NCBI GenBank assembly: GCA_030646955.1 | Contig: JAUSKM010000035.1 | Span: forward strand, 3,944 to 67,943 | DNA: 64,000 bases | From: a bacterium | Lineage (GTDB): Bacteria > Patescibacteriota > Patescibacteriia > JACPHY01 | Direction of reading: 5' to 3' | In this document: positions 1-10,047 of the stretch, in pieces | Layout of the letters: each line of letters opens with the position of its first letter | How positions within the stretch are numbered: position 1 is the first letter of the stretch | Notes under the pieces: model-generated | What the model was told of the DNA's origin: nothing | What the model saw: only the letters and a program-made list of their open reading frames with translations | Database searches by the model: none | Made by a program: the position numbers and the translations under genes

Positions 1-1
1 G

Positions 2-658
<657 letters not shown>

Positions 659-740
659 TCGTCTCGGCCAGTAGCCGCGCGCGTAGGAAGGTGCTACGGT
701 AGTTCTGGACGCGTTTTTTTGTTTCTGGTATTTGTTCCAG

Positions 741-781
741 TCCTCCCCCTCCCGTCGGGAGGAGGGAGGAAGAGGGGGTGG
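741..781. repeat. CCCCTCCC/GGGAGGGG-type palindromic (REP-like) element
   Basis: Hairpin tcctccccctcccg-tc-gggaggagggagga followed by a G-rich tail; similar elements at 4943-4997, 6057-6099, 9149-9173, 11933-11960, 30130-30157. Confidence 0.55.
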
Positions 782-785
782 CCGT

Positions 786-1088
786 ATGTCTCTCACGACC
801 GATGAAGTCCGTCATCTCGCCGCGCTTGCGCGGGTCAATCTCACGGATGCGGAGGTAGAACAATTTACCGGCCAGCTTTCGGAAATTCTGGAGTACGTTG
901 GGCAGCTCCGGGAGGTTGCCGTGGATGTGGATGCAGAAGCGGTCGCGAACATTTCGGGACTGGAGAATGTCATGCGCGAGGACGAGATCCGCGTGCGTCC
1001 GCGCGAGGAGCGCGATGCGATCCTCGCGCAGTTTCCTCTGCGTGACGGTGAGCTTCTCAAGACGCCCGGAACGTTGCAGGCGAAGTAA
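786..1088 (+). CDS. gatC: Asp-tRNA(Asn)/Glu-tRNA(Gln) amidotransferase subunit C
   Basis: MSLTTDEVRHLAALARV...ILEYVGQL...NVMRED pattern; directly upstream of gatA. Confidence 0.93.
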   Translation: MSLTTDEVRHLAALARVNLTDAEVEQFTGQLSEILEYVGQLREVAVDVDAEAVANISGLENVMREDEIRVRPREERDAILAQFPLRDGELLKTPGTLQAK

Positions 1089-1092
1089 ACAC

Positions 1093-2568
1093 ATGCAGTG
1101 GCTCACGATTCAACACATTGCCGATGGCCTGCGTGCGAAGCAGTGGTCCGTGACGGAGCTGGCGCAATCGCATCTCGATCGTATCCGCGCGCACGATGGG
1201 GCGTTGGGGGCATATCTTCATGTGATGGAGGACGATGCGTTGGCATCTGCTACGCGCGTGGACGCAGCGATTGCGCGCGGGGATGACCTCTCCGTGCTCG
1301 CTGGCGTTCCCGTTGCAGTGAAAGACACAATTCTCGTTGCTGGACATCCGGCGACGGCAAGCTCCCGGATGTTGGAGTCGTACGTTGCGGCGTACGATGC
1401 GACCGCCATTACGAAGCTCAAGGCAAATGATGTCGTATTTTTAGGAAAGACCAATTGTGACGAGTTCGCCATGGGGTCATCCACCGAGAATGCGGCGTTG
1501 GGGAAAACGGTGAATGCGTGGGATGCGGCGCGTGTGCCCGGAGGATCCAGCGGCGGCTCTGCAACGGCGGTAGCAGCGGATTTGGCGGTTGCCGCGTTGG
1601 GCTCTGATACGGGCGGGTCCATTCGTCAGCCCGCTGCGCTCTCTGGCGTCGTTGGGCTCAAGCCGACGTACGGCCACGTTTCACGCCACGGTCTCATCGC
1701 CATGGCGTCGTCGTTCGATGTCATTGGGCCATTCACGCGCTGCGTCGCAGACGCACGGACCATGTTCCACGCGATGAAAGGAAAAGACGTGCTCGACGCA
1801 ACGTCTGCGGATGGATCTGGTTTCATGCCTCCTGTCTCGGGTCTCGCGTCTCTCCGCGTGGGCATCCCCAAAGAGTATTTCGGCGACGGGATGGATGCGG
1901 ATGTTGCGCGTGCGGTGCGGGACGCGATTGCCGTGGTTGAGGGGCTGGGCTGCCGCGTGCAGGAGGTCTCGCTTCCGCTCGCCGCCTACGCGCTTGCGGT
2001 GTACTACGTGCTCATGCCCAGCGAAGTGTCCGCAAATTTGGAGCGATACGATGGGATTCGATATGGGGCATCCGTGCTGCGGGATGATGAGCAAGGGGTG
2101 CGGGTGACAGACCTGAAGGAGGTCTACACCAAAACCCGTGCTGCGGGATTTGGGCCAGAGACAAAGCGGCGCATCATGATGGGGACGTACGCATTGTCTT
2201 CAGGATACGCGGACGCATACTACAAACGTGCGACGGCAGTGCGCAATCGCATCAAGCAAGAGTACCGCAAGGCGTTCGAGGGCGTGGATGTGCTCCTCAC
2301 CCCTACGACACCCACGCCCGCGTGGAAGGTTGGCGAGAAGGCCAACGATCCCATGCAGATGTACCTCTCGGATATCTTTACTGTTTCTGCCAACGTCGCC
2401 GGCGTTCCCGCCATGTCGGTGCCCTGCGGGTTTGCAGAGCGCGACGGTGCAAAGCTCCCCATCGGTTTGCAGCTTGTCGGTCGTTGGTTTGAGGAAGACA
2501 CGCTCTTTACGCTGGGCGAGGCCTACGAGCAAGCGACATCGTGGCACCGGGAGCATCCGAAAGCGTAA
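1093..2568 (+). CDS. gatA: Asp-tRNA(Asn)/Glu-tRNA(Gln) amidotransferase subunit A
   Basis: Amidase signature GKTNCDEFAMGSSTENA, PGGSSGGSA, GSDTGGSIRQPA; RYDGIRYG; GFGPETKRRIMMGT. Confidence 0.97.
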   Translation: MQWLTIQHIADGLRAKQWSVTELAQSHLDRIRAHDGALGAYLHVMEDDALASATRVDAAIARGDDLSVLAGVPVAVKDTILVAGHPATASSRMLESYVAAYDATAITKLKANDVVFLGKTNCDEFAMGSSTENAALGKTVNAWDAARVPGGSSGGSATAVAADLAVAALGSDTGGSIRQPAALSGVVGLKPTYGHVSRHGLIAMASSFDVIGPFTRCVADARTMFHAMKGKDVLDATSADGSGFMPPVSGLASLRVGIPKEYFGDGMDADVARAVRDAIAVVEGLGCRVQEVSLPLAAYALAVYYVLMPSEVSANLERYDGIRYGASVLRDDEQGVRVTDLKEVYTKTRAAGFGPETKRRIMMGTYALSSGYADAYYKRATAVRNRIKQEYRKAFEGVDVLLTPTTPTPAWKVGEKANDPMQMYLSDIFTVSANVAGVPAMSVPCGFAERDGAKLPIGLQLVGRWFEEDTLFTLGEAYEQATSWHREHPKA

Positions 2569-2569
2569 T

Positions 2570-2651
2570 CGTCATTGCGAGGAGTCTGCGACGTGGCAAT
2601 CTCACACGCTCCAAACAATGACCGAGATTGCTTCGCGGACTCGTAATGACG
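2570..2651. repeat. CGTC-tagged palindromic repeat (dimer)
   Basis: Terminal inverted repeats cgtcattgcgag...ctcgtaatgacg with inner gcaatctc/gagattgc pair. Confidence 0.8.
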
Positions 2652-2684
2652 AGAGCAAACACACATGGTGTGGCCGCAAAAATA

Positions 2685-2772
2685 TGTCATTTCGAGCGTC
2701 AGAGAGAAATCTCACCCGCTCCAATACCGTGAAACGTGTGCAATTTCTCCTCGCGGACTCATCGAAATGACA
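2685..2772. repeat. CGTC-type palindromic repeat, second subfamily
   Basis: tgtcatttcga...tcgaaatgaca terminal inverted repeat with inner gagaaat/atttctc pair. Confidence 0.75.
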
Positions 2773-2814
2773 AAAGGGTGTTGCATCGTCTATTTTTTTT
2801 ATGGCCTCATAGGT

Positions 2815-2844
2815 GAACCCCGCCCACGGATGTGGGCGGGGTTC
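2815..2844. terminator. Hairpin between convergent gatA and the 2858 gene
   Basis: gaaccccgcccac-ggat-gtgggcggggttc, perfect 13-bp stem. Confidence 0.6.
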
Positions 2845-2857
2845 TGGTTTCCGCGAC

Positions 2858-3940
2858 CTAGCGCAGGTCGTAGATGCGGATGGTGCCGTCGGGCATCGGC
2901 TTGCCGACGGTGTAGTCGCCGGTGCGATCCTTGATGGCGATGGCCGCGCGGATGGCGCGCTGCTGGGCAGCGGCATCCAGCGGGTGGGTGCGTGCGAAGT
3001 AGGCCACGTTCTGGCTGGGGTCCGCCAGGATTTCCGCGTAGCACGCCTCCGCCACGCGTGCGCGTTCCTGTTCGTTCAGGGGCAGGTATTCCGGATGGCC
3101 GGAAGGGCGTTCTTCGTTGAGGAGGAGCGCCTCGCACGGCTGCTGCGTGATGAGCGTTTCCCTGAGCGTAGCCTTGGTTTGCACGTCCGGCAGACACTCG
3201 GGCTGCACCGTGTAGAACGACCAGAGTTCCGAAGGGAGCTCCTTGCCCTTGATGCGGTCTGCGCAGATGGCCTCGGTCAGCCGCTGCGCAAACGTCTCGG
3301 AGAGTCCACCGACGGTGATGGCATCGCGCGCGCGATCGAAGTCACCGTAGCCAAGCGCTTCCTCGAACCGATCCGACGCCTGCTGCAGCGTCGGCCTGTG
3401 TCCGACGCACGGATGCGATGCATCGACGCGTCCTTTCTTGATCATCTCAGCACAGTACCCCCAGCAGACCAAGTGGTCGTTTTCCCACAGGTCGGTGACG
3501 GCTGCGTGCGCCAACGGCTCGCTATCCGTCAGACCAAACTCGTGTATCACATCGTCTGCGATGATGTAGGAATCGCAGTAGGCCGAAGACATGTAAGAAT
3601 TGATCGCCTTGGCCGCGTAGGACAGCATCTTCTCGCGATCGCCCTTGAAGTGCTTCAGGAGACGGGCGAGCGAGGCGTAGTTCGCGGCCTTGTCCTGCGT
3701 CGAGTTCTCCACGCACTCCTCGATGTCGTCCGCGAACCTCTGGAGGAGGTCCTGCTGCTCCCAGTCCCTGCAGACGCCGCTTTCGAGCATCGCGAAGATG
3801 GCGCTGTTGCATTTGCCGTGCTCGATACTGCCCTCGACGCGTGCGACCGCCAGCTCGTACTCGTCCGAGCGCGGGGTACACCCGATGAAGTTGAAAAGAG
3901 CGAGGCCGATGGCCATCGCAAGGACCTGATGTTTTCGCAT
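2858..3940 (-). CDS. Hypothetical lipoprotein, helical and Cys-rich
   Basis: 360-aa ORF; signal peptide with lipobox-like FIGC; AAGGAGG SD; TTGACA-N17-TACGTT promoter on the minus strand. Confidence 0.75.
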   Translation of the reverse strand: MRKHQVLAMAIGLALFNFIGCTPRSDEYELAVARVEGSIEHGKCNSAIFAMLESGVCRDWEQQDLLQRFADDIEECVENSTQDKAANYASLARLLKHFKGDREKMLSYAAKAINSYMSSAYCDSYIIADDVIHEFGLTDSEPLAHAAVTDLWENDHLVCWGYCAEMIKKGRVDASHPCVGHRPTLQQASDRFEEALGYGDFDRARDAITVGGLSETFAQRLTEAICADRIKGKELPSELWSFYTVQPECLPDVQTKATLRETLITQQPCEALLLNEERPSGHPEYLPLNEQERARVAEACYAEILADPSQNVAYFARTHPLDAAAQQRAIRAAIAIKDRTGDYTVGKPMPDGTIRIYDLR

Positions 3941-4018
3941 CGCGAACCCTCCTTGGTGATGCGTTCACCGGCGTGAGCATGATGCTCTTATCAACGTATC
4001 ATGTTTTCGCCCAAATGT

Positions 4019-4052
4019 CAAGGATTCCCGGCAAAAATGCCGGGAATCCTTG
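4019..4052. terminator. Hairpin downstream of the DsbA gene, abutting the -35 box of the next minus-strand gene
   Basis: caaggattcccggca-aaaa-tgccgggaatccttg, 15-bp stem. Confidence 0.6.
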
Positions 4053-4069
4053 TGTTTCCTATTCCTTCG

Positions 4070-4810
4070 TTACTGCTGGCCGCGCACCTGATCAATGACG
4101 GTCTTGAGCTGGCTGTAGGGAACCGCGCCGCCAAGCTCGATACCGTTGACGAAGCTGCCCGGCGTACCCTGGACGCCCACGGCCAGGCCAGCGCTCTCCT
4201 GTCCGCGCACCTTGCCCTCGTACTTGCGGGTGGAGAAGCACTCCTGGAACTGCTCCGTGTCCAGCTTCAGCTCGCCGGCGAGCGTCTTGTAGAAGTTCGG
4301 AGCAAGTTCGCTCTGGCGCTGGAAGAGCGCATCCGCGTACTCCCAGAATTTGCCCTGCTCCGCTGCGCACTCGGACGCTTCGGCCGCGGGACGTGCCTGC
4401 GGGTGGATGGATTCCAGCGGGAAGTGACGGTAGACCCACCGCACATCCTCCGGGTACTCCACGAGCGCCTGTGCAACGGTCGGGTGGAAGCGTGAGCAGA
4501 ACAGACACTCGAAGTCCGACCACTCCACAATCGTCACCGACGCATCGGGGTTGCCGCGGACGTGATCATCTGCGGTGACCGTGATGTCCACGGGACCCGA
4601 CGGCTGCGGCTCCGGCGTGGGCGTTGGTGCGGGATTTGCGACTGCGTTGGTCGGTGCAGGTGCGCCGGGCTGCTCCTTGATCGCGCCGGGCAAGAGCACC
4701 AGGAAGCCCACCATACCCAGTGCGCCAATGCCGAGCGCCGCGCCAAGGCCCATGGCCGTCTTGGGCGGGACAGTCTCGGTCCACGATCGCTTGGGGGACG
4801 TATTGTCCAT
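4070..4810 (-). CDS. DsbA/BdbD-family thiol-disulfide oxidoreductase with N-terminal membrane anchor
   Basis: DHVRGNPDASVTIVEWSDFECLFC, YRHFPL, cis-Pro loop GVQGTP. Confidence 0.92.
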   Translation of the reverse strand: MDNTSPKRSWTETVPPKTAMGLGAALGIGALGMVGFLVLLPGAIKEQPGAPAPTNAVANPAPTPTPEPQPSGPVDITVTADDHVRGNPDASVTIVEWSDFECLFCSRFHPTVAQALVEYPEDVRWVYRHFPLESIHPQARPAAEASECAAEQGKFWEYADALFQRQSELAPNFYKTLAGELKLDTEQFQECFSTRKYEGKVRGQESAGLAVGVQGTPGSFVNGIELGGAVPYSQLKTVIDQVRGQQ

Positions 4811-4942
4811 ACGGAAATACGGAAGAGACTTATGAACAGGACATCTATTGTCGCATGCCACGCAGAGCGTGCAAGTGGCGGGAAAAAGATGTACGCTGTG
4901 GGATGGAAGGATTGCCATGAAAAATTTTTGAATGTATTTTAT

Positions 4943-4997
4943 TCCCTCCCTCTCTACGTCCGCGTGGGGAGGGAGGGGAGGGTAGGGGAGGGGGAGG
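4943..4997. repeat. CCCTCCC/GGGAGGG-type palindromic element
   Basis: ccctccctctctacg-tccg-cgtggggagggaggg followed by gagggtaggggagggg. Confidence 0.55.
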
Positions 4998-5009
4998 AAA
5001 GAACAATAT

Positions 5010-5678
5010 ATGAAACAACTCGTCATTGACATCGAGACATCAGGGGCGGATTTTGATTCCTTGGATAAGGAGACGCAGGACTATCTCCTCAAGCGCGCGG
5101 ATACGCCGGAGAAGATTGAGAAGGTGCGGGACTCCATCAACCTCTGGCCGCTCACGGGCGAGATCGTGGCAATCGGCGTGCTCAATGTTGATGCGGACGT
5201 GGGCGCGGTGTACTATCAGGCACCGGGACGGAGCATTCAGACGTTCACGGAGGAGGGGATTCTGTATGAGGCGGGCACGGAGCAGGCGTGCCTCCAGCGG
5301 TTCTGGGCAGATGCGGCGGACGCGACGCGTATCATCACATTCAACGGCCGCATGTTCGACATGCCGTGGCTCATGACGCGCTCCCTGGTGCACGGCATCC
5401 CTGCGACGCGCAATCTCATGCCATCGCGCTACTCGACATCGTTTCATGTGGACCTGGCGGACCTGCTCACCTTCTACGGTGCCACGCGCCACTACTCGTT
5501 GGATTTCTGGTGCAAGACGATGGGCATCCCGTCCCCCAAGACCGACATCTCCGGTGCCGATGTGCCCCAGGTCTACAAAGCCGGCGAGTACGAGCGCATC
5601 GCGCGCTACAACGGTGCCGACCTTCGCGCTACCGCAGAACTCTTCCGTCGCTGGCACACCACCATTGGGCAGGTGTAG
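5010..5678 (+). CDS. DEDD/RNase H-like 3'-5' exonuclease (PolB-exonuclease-like), paralogue 1
   Basis: ExoI VIDIET, ExoII ITFNGRMFD, ExoIII YNGADL. Confidence 0.88.
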   Translation: MKQLVIDIETSGADFDSLDKETQDYLLKRADTPEKIEKVRDSINLWPLTGEIVAIGVLNVDADVGAVYYQAPGRSIQTFTEEGILYEAGTEQACLQRFWADAADATRIITFNGRMFDMPWLMTRSLVHGIPATRNLMPSRYSTSFHVDLADLLTFYGATRHYSLDFWCKTMGIPSPKTDISGADVPQVYKAGEYERIARYNGADLRATAELFRRWHTTIGQV

Positions 5679-5715
5679 ATTTTTGCGAGCCATCGCGTGA
5701 CGAAGGAGGCGGAGT

Positions 5716-6540
5716 ATGTTGCCGAACTGGTATCTCGTCCAACTTCATCTGGGCCCCATTCCCGTGAACGTGTGGGGATTGTTTGTTGCGGCGGGATTTT
5801 TGGTGGGAACCTGGTTGGCGGTGCGGTTGGCGCCGCGGGCGGGCATCGCGCAGAAGGACGTTGTGGACGTTGCGGTGTGGGCGATGGTTGCGGGCATGCT
5901 GGGCGCACGTCTTGGGCATGTACTGCTCTACGATCCGGCGTACTACCTTGCGGATCCGTTGGCGATTTTGCGTATCTGGGAGGGCGGCCTCTCGTCCTTT
6001 GGCGGATTTACGGGGGCGGTGATTGCGGCGTGGTTATTCATACGGAAGCACCAGACACCCCCCCTCGCTCCCCCTCGCCCCATCTCTTCTCGGGGGGGTG
6101 CGTCATTTGTCCGTTCGCACATTCGTGCGCTCGTCAGCTACACCGATCTCCTCCTCTGGCCGCTCATGATCGGATGGTTTATCGGGCGGCTTGGGTGCTA
6201 CGCGATTCACGATCACGCAGGCATCCCGTGCAACGGGTACTTGTGCGTGCCGTTTCCGGACGGGGTGCGGCGGTTGGATATGGGCGTACTGGATGGGCTG
6301 CTCGCGCTCGTGATTTTTCTTGTCGCGTGGCCGTTGCGACATCGTTTTGCAAAACGTCCTGGCGCGATGACCGCATTCGTGTGCATCGCGTATGGTCTTG
6401 GTCGCTTTACGCTTGACTTCCTCCGCGTGGCCGACGCAACGTACCTCGGTTTGACGCCGGCGCAATACGGGAGCGTCGCGTTGGTTATGGGAGGTGCGTG
6501 GTTGGCTGGTGTCGGGCGATGGCATGGAATGAAAAGGTGA
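5716..6540 (+). CDS. lgt: Prolipoprotein diacylglyceryl transferase
   Basis: LGARLGHVL, IWEGGLSSFGGF, IGRLGC motifs; multiple TM segments. Confidence 0.9.
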   Translation: MLPNWYLVQLHLGPIPVNVWGLFVAAGFLVGTWLAVRLAPRAGIAQKDVVDVAVWAMVAGMLGARLGHVLLYDPAYYLADPLAILRIWEGGLSSFGGFTGAVIAAWLFIRKHQTPPLAPPRPISSRGGASFVRSHIRALVSYTDLLLWPLMIGWFIGRLGCYAIHDHAGIPCNGYLCVPFPDGVRRLDMGVLDGLLALVIFLVAWPLRHRFAKRPGAMTAFVCIAYGLGRFTLDFLRVADATYLGLTPAQYGSVALVMGGAWLAGVGRWHGMKR

Positions 6541-6549
6541 ATACAGCGT

Positions 6550-8082
6550 ATGCTTCGCTTCCGTCTCGTGGCGTGTTGTTCCGGCGCGGCGGTGATGATG
6601 GCCGAGATGACGGCTGCGCGCGCGATCGCTCCGTACTTCGGGTCATCCATCGTCGTGTGGACGAACGTCATCGGTATTGTGCTCGTCGCGCTCGCGTTTG
6701 GGTACTGGGCGGGCGGGCGCATCGCGGAGGCACGGCCTGATCCGCGGGTGCTGGGCGGGATCATCGCGACCGCCGGCGCGCTCCTCCTCATTCCCGCGTT
6801 CGCCGTGCAGGTGGTGGGCAGCACGCTCCTCCGCGCTGTCCTGGCATCCGGCAATGGCTTTGCGGCGATCGCGACGGGATCGTTCATCGCCGTTGCATTG
6901 CTCTTCGCGCTGCCTATGGCGCTCCTGGGCATGGTGGCGCCGTACCTCGTGCAGCTTGCGGTGACTCCGCGCGATGCGGTGGGGCGCACGGCGGGGTCGC
7001 TCTACGCGCTCTCCACGTTGGGCTCTCTCGTTGGCACGTTCCTGCCGGCGCTCGTACTCCTGCCGCTCATTGGCATGCGGCGCACGCTCTTGGTCGCTGC
7101 AGTGTTGCTCCTGCTCACCAGTGCGCTGCTCCTCCCGCGTCCGCGCCGCGTCGTCGCGGGCGCCGCGCTCATCATGGCCGTCGTATTCGCGGTGGGGAGC
7201 GATGGTGCACCGTGGGTGTTTGGCGGTACCGTCGTTGCGGCAGCAGAGTCGCGCTACCAATACCTCCGCATCGTGGATCGGCCGGCGCGGGATTCCTCGT
7301 CGCATCCCGAGCGCCTTCTGCTCTTCAACGAGGGATTCGGGGTGCAGTCAATGGCGGTGCGCGACGACGGAGTCCCGAACGGGTATTTTACAACAGCGGC
7401 GTCGCTGCCCGCGCTCTTCCCGCCCGCTCGGCCATTGCGCATCCTCGTGCTTGGGAATGCGGGTGGGACGATCGGCAACCTGATGCAGCGATACTTCCCG
7501 GATCGCGCGCTCGACATTACCGGTGTCGAGTTGGATCCGATGGTGACCGCACTCGCGCGGGAATATTTTCCGCCACCACCACAGCCGTACCCCATCGTGC
7601 ATGCTGATAGCCGCGTGTTTGTACGCCAGAGCGATGCGGCGTACGATGTGATTGTAGTGGATGCGTACACGGATCAGCTGACGATCCCTGCGCATCTCGT
7701 CACGCGCGAGTTTTTTGCACTCCTGTCCGAGCGCCTTGCGCCAGAGGGCGTGCTGGCGCTGAATGTGAACGCCCCACGCGACGATTCGCGGCTGCTCGTT
7801 GCACTCCTCCAAGCCGTTCGGAGCGAATTCCCGGACGTACGCGTTGCGCATGTTGCTGCATGGAATCGCATCGTGCTCGCTGGAACGTCGCTGCCGCCCA
7901 TCGCGCGGGAGTACGAGAGCGTCCTGCCCGCCCGCATCGCGGAGGAGTTCACCGCGTTTACCCGCGCGCTCCAACCGGTCCAGCACGATCCCGCCGTTCG
8001 TCCCTTCACGGATGACTGGGCGCCGATCGAGCTGTACACGGATCTTGAAGTGTTTCAGGGATATGCGAAGCGTGGAGGATAG
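6550..8082 (+). CDS. Fused membrane domain / spermidine synthase-like SAM-dependent transferase
   Basis: APYFGSSIVVWT, GSLYALSTLGSLVGTF; C-terminal ILVLGNAGG, VELDP, YDVIVVDAY, FTDDWAP. Confidence 0.88.
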   Translation: MLRFRLVACCSGAAVMMAEMTAARAIAPYFGSSIVVWTNVIGIVLVALAFGYWAGGRIAEARPDPRVLGGIIATAGALLLIPAFAVQVVGSTLLRAVLASGNGFAAIATGSFIAVALLFALPMALLGMVAPYLVQLAVTPRDAVGRTAGSLYALSTLGSLVGTFLPALVLLPLIGMRRTLLVAAVLLLLTSALLLPRPRRVVAGAALIMAVVFAVGSDGAPWVFGGTVVAAAESRYQYLRIVDRPARDSSSHPERLLLFNEGFGVQSMAVRDDGVPNGYFTTAASLPALFPPARPLRILVLGNAGGTIGNLMQRYFPDRALDITGVELDPMVTALAREYFPPPPQPYPIVHADSRVFVRQSDAAYDVIVVDAYTDQLTIPAHLVTREFFALLSERLAPEGVLALNVNAPRDDSRLLVALLQAVRSEFPDVRVAHVAAWNRIVLAGTSLPPIAREYESVLPARIAEEFTAFTRALQPVQHDPAVRPFTDDWAPIELYTDLEVFQGYAKRGG

Positions 8083-8101
8083 GGAATCTCCATCGCGTTC
8101 T

Positions 8102-8458
8102 ATGGGTATCGTCGTAGAGTACAACCCCGATCTCGCGCTCCGCACCATGGAAGAGCATCGCGCCGGACGGCGCGCAGCGGAGGAGTGTATGCCCGATCCG
8201 CTCGTCGCGGGGAGCGAGCACGTTTTTCTGAAGCGTGGCCAGCGGTGCTACTGGATGCATGGCGAGGTACCGCTGGTGCTCACCGAGGGAGCGCAGCGTA
8301 TCTCGCGTCCATGTGCGAGTGTGATCATTCTGGAAGCCGCACATGTGGTGAGGGACGGCGAGGTGTGGACGCGTGGAAGGTATCGTATCGCTGCGGTATT
8401 CGATCCTGCTGATCCGGCGATTCACTTTGAGGGACATGAGCGCACCGCGATAGCATGA
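8102..8458 (+). CDS. Conserved hypothetical protein
   Basis: Clean 118-aa ORF (MGIVVEYNPDLALR...FLKRGQR) filling the gap before trxB. Confidence 0.7.
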   Translation: MGIVVEYNPDLALRTMEEHRAGRRAAEECMPDPLVAGSEHVFLKRGQRCYWMHGEVPLVLTEGAQRISRPCASVIILEAAHVVRDGEVWTRGRYRIAAVFDPADPAIHFEGHERTAIA

Positions 8459-8463
8459 CCGGT

Positions 8464-9498
8464 ATGGCACAGCCCCAGCAATCCTTCGATCTCCTGATCA
8501 TCGGCGGCGGCGCAGCGGGATACAGCGCGGCGATGTACGCGCGGCGCTATCGGCTGTCCGTTGGTGTCGTTGAGGGGAAGCAGTTTGGCGGGTATACCGC
8601 GCTCGCGGGTGTCATCGAGAATTACCCAGGCGTCCTGCAGGCCAACGGTCTGGAGCTCGTACAGAACATGAAGCGTCAAGCCGTGGATGCGCTGGGTGCG
8701 GTTGTTATTGATGGAGAGGCAACAGCGGTAACGGGCGAGCGACACTGTTTCGAGGTGACGGTGGAGGGGGTAGTGCACCACGCGAAGACCCTCATCATCG
8801 CCACGGGGATGGAGCACCGCACGCTGGGCCTCCCGCGCGAGGAGGAGTTTCGGCAGCGTGGCGTACACTTTTGCGCGACGTGTGACGGCCCGGTGTACGC
8901 GGGGAAGCGTGTCGCGGTGGTGGGCGGTGGTGACGCTGCCGTGAAGAGTGCAAATCAGTTGGTGGACATGGGCGCGGCACAGGTGTCCCTCATTGTGCGC
9001 GAAGACGTGCTGGGGAATGTTGAGCCGATCAATCGCGAACGTCTCGAAGAACGCGTTGCTTCTGGAGTCGTCGCAGTGTTGTACAACAGCGAGGTGGTTG
9101 AATACCTCGGCGGGCCGCCGCTCTCGGGTGTTCGTCTTCGCGTTGCTGTCCTTCCCTCTCTTCAAGAGGGGGATACCCTCGCAATTTCCGCCGTTTTCAT
9201 CGCGATCGGCGCTGTCCCACGCACCGCGCTTGCAGAGCAATTGGGCGTGCGGCTCACGGCGCGCGGCGAGATTGACGTGGAGAGCGAGACGATGCAGACG
9301 AACGTGGACGGCGTGTACGCTGCTGGCGATGTCTGTGATGCTGCGTGGGGGTTCAAGCAGACCATCACGAGCGCAGCGCAAGGAGCAATCGCCGCCACAT
9401 CCGCGTATCGTGACGTTACCGTCCATGGCGGATCCGCGTGCTCGATGCATGCCATCGCTCTTCCTCCCGGCGCACTTCCGGCAGTGCTGCCTTTGTGA
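8464..9498 (+). CDS. trxB: Thioredoxin reductase (alternative start 8455)
   Basis: IIGGGAAG, IENYPG, CATCDG redox centre, VVGGGDAA, GVYAAGD. Confidence 0.92.
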   Translation: MAQPQQSFDLLIIGGGAAGYSAAMYARRYRLSVGVVEGKQFGGYTALAGVIENYPGVLQANGLELVQNMKRQAVDALGAVVIDGEATAVTGERHCFEVTVEGVVHHAKTLIIATGMEHRTLGLPREEEFRQRGVHFCATCDGPVYAGKRVAVVGGGDAAVKSANQLVDMGAAQVSLIVREDVLGNVEPINRERLEERVASGVVAVLYNSEVVEYLGGPPLSGVRLRVAVLPSLQEGDTLAISAVFIAIGAVPRTALAEQLGVRLTARGEIDVESETMQTNVDGVYAAGDVCDAAWGFKQTITSAAQGAIAATSAYRDVTVHGGSACSMHAIALPPGALPAVLPL

Positions 9499-9522
9499 CA
9501 CTTATTCTTCATGGACATTTTT

Positions 9523-9972
9523 ATGCAGTCCATGCATCGCATGATCGCGCTCCTACGCATTGCCATGGGGTGGGTTTTTTTGTCTGCGGGTCTTGAGAAG
9601 CTCCTCAAGGACGGCGGGTGGTCGGCCGCGGGGTACCTCAAGGGTGCCACCGGTCCGTTTGCGGATTTCTTTCACGCGATTGCCGGTGCTGCATGGGTTG
9701 ATCAGCTCAACATGTGGGGGCTGACGCTCATTGGTATCGCGCTCATTCTTGGCGTTGCGGTGCGGTGGTCGAGTTTCTGGGGCATTGTCTTGATGCTTCT
9801 CTACTATGGTGCAGGATTCGAGAGCAACACGGCACATGGGTGGCTGGATCAGCATGTATACTACTCGTTGGTGCTGTGCACGTTCCTCGTCCTTGGCGCA
9901 GGGAAGTGGTACGGACTTGATGCAAAACTCAAGGTTGCTCCGGCGGTGCGCCGCTGGGTGTTGAGCGGCTGA
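9523..9972 (+). CDS. DoxX-family membrane protein (alternative start 9511)
   Basis: LLRIAMGWVFLSAGLEK, WSAAGYL, GAGKWYGLD. Confidence 0.85.
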   Translation: MQSMHRMIALLRIAMGWVFLSAGLEKLLKDGGWSAAGYLKGATGPFADFFHAIAGAAWVDQLNMWGLTLIGIALILGVAVRWSSFWGIVLMLLYYGAGFESNTAHGWLDQHVYYSLVLCTFLVLGAGKWYGLDAKLKVAPAVRRWVLSG

Positions 9973-10047
9973 TGTGCTCAACGGCATGTGGCCCACGTTT
10001 TTATGCCCGTGCTTGAAGTAAGGGGCTCGTAGCGAGCATCCTCCCTC

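Noticed and set aside
786-2568. Missing gatB as a pathway loss
   Set aside because: gatB is often unlinked from gatCA; absence from one window says nothing about the genome.
2570-2772. CRISPR array
   Set aside because: The repeats are inverted and non-identical, with no regular spacers and no cas genes in the window.
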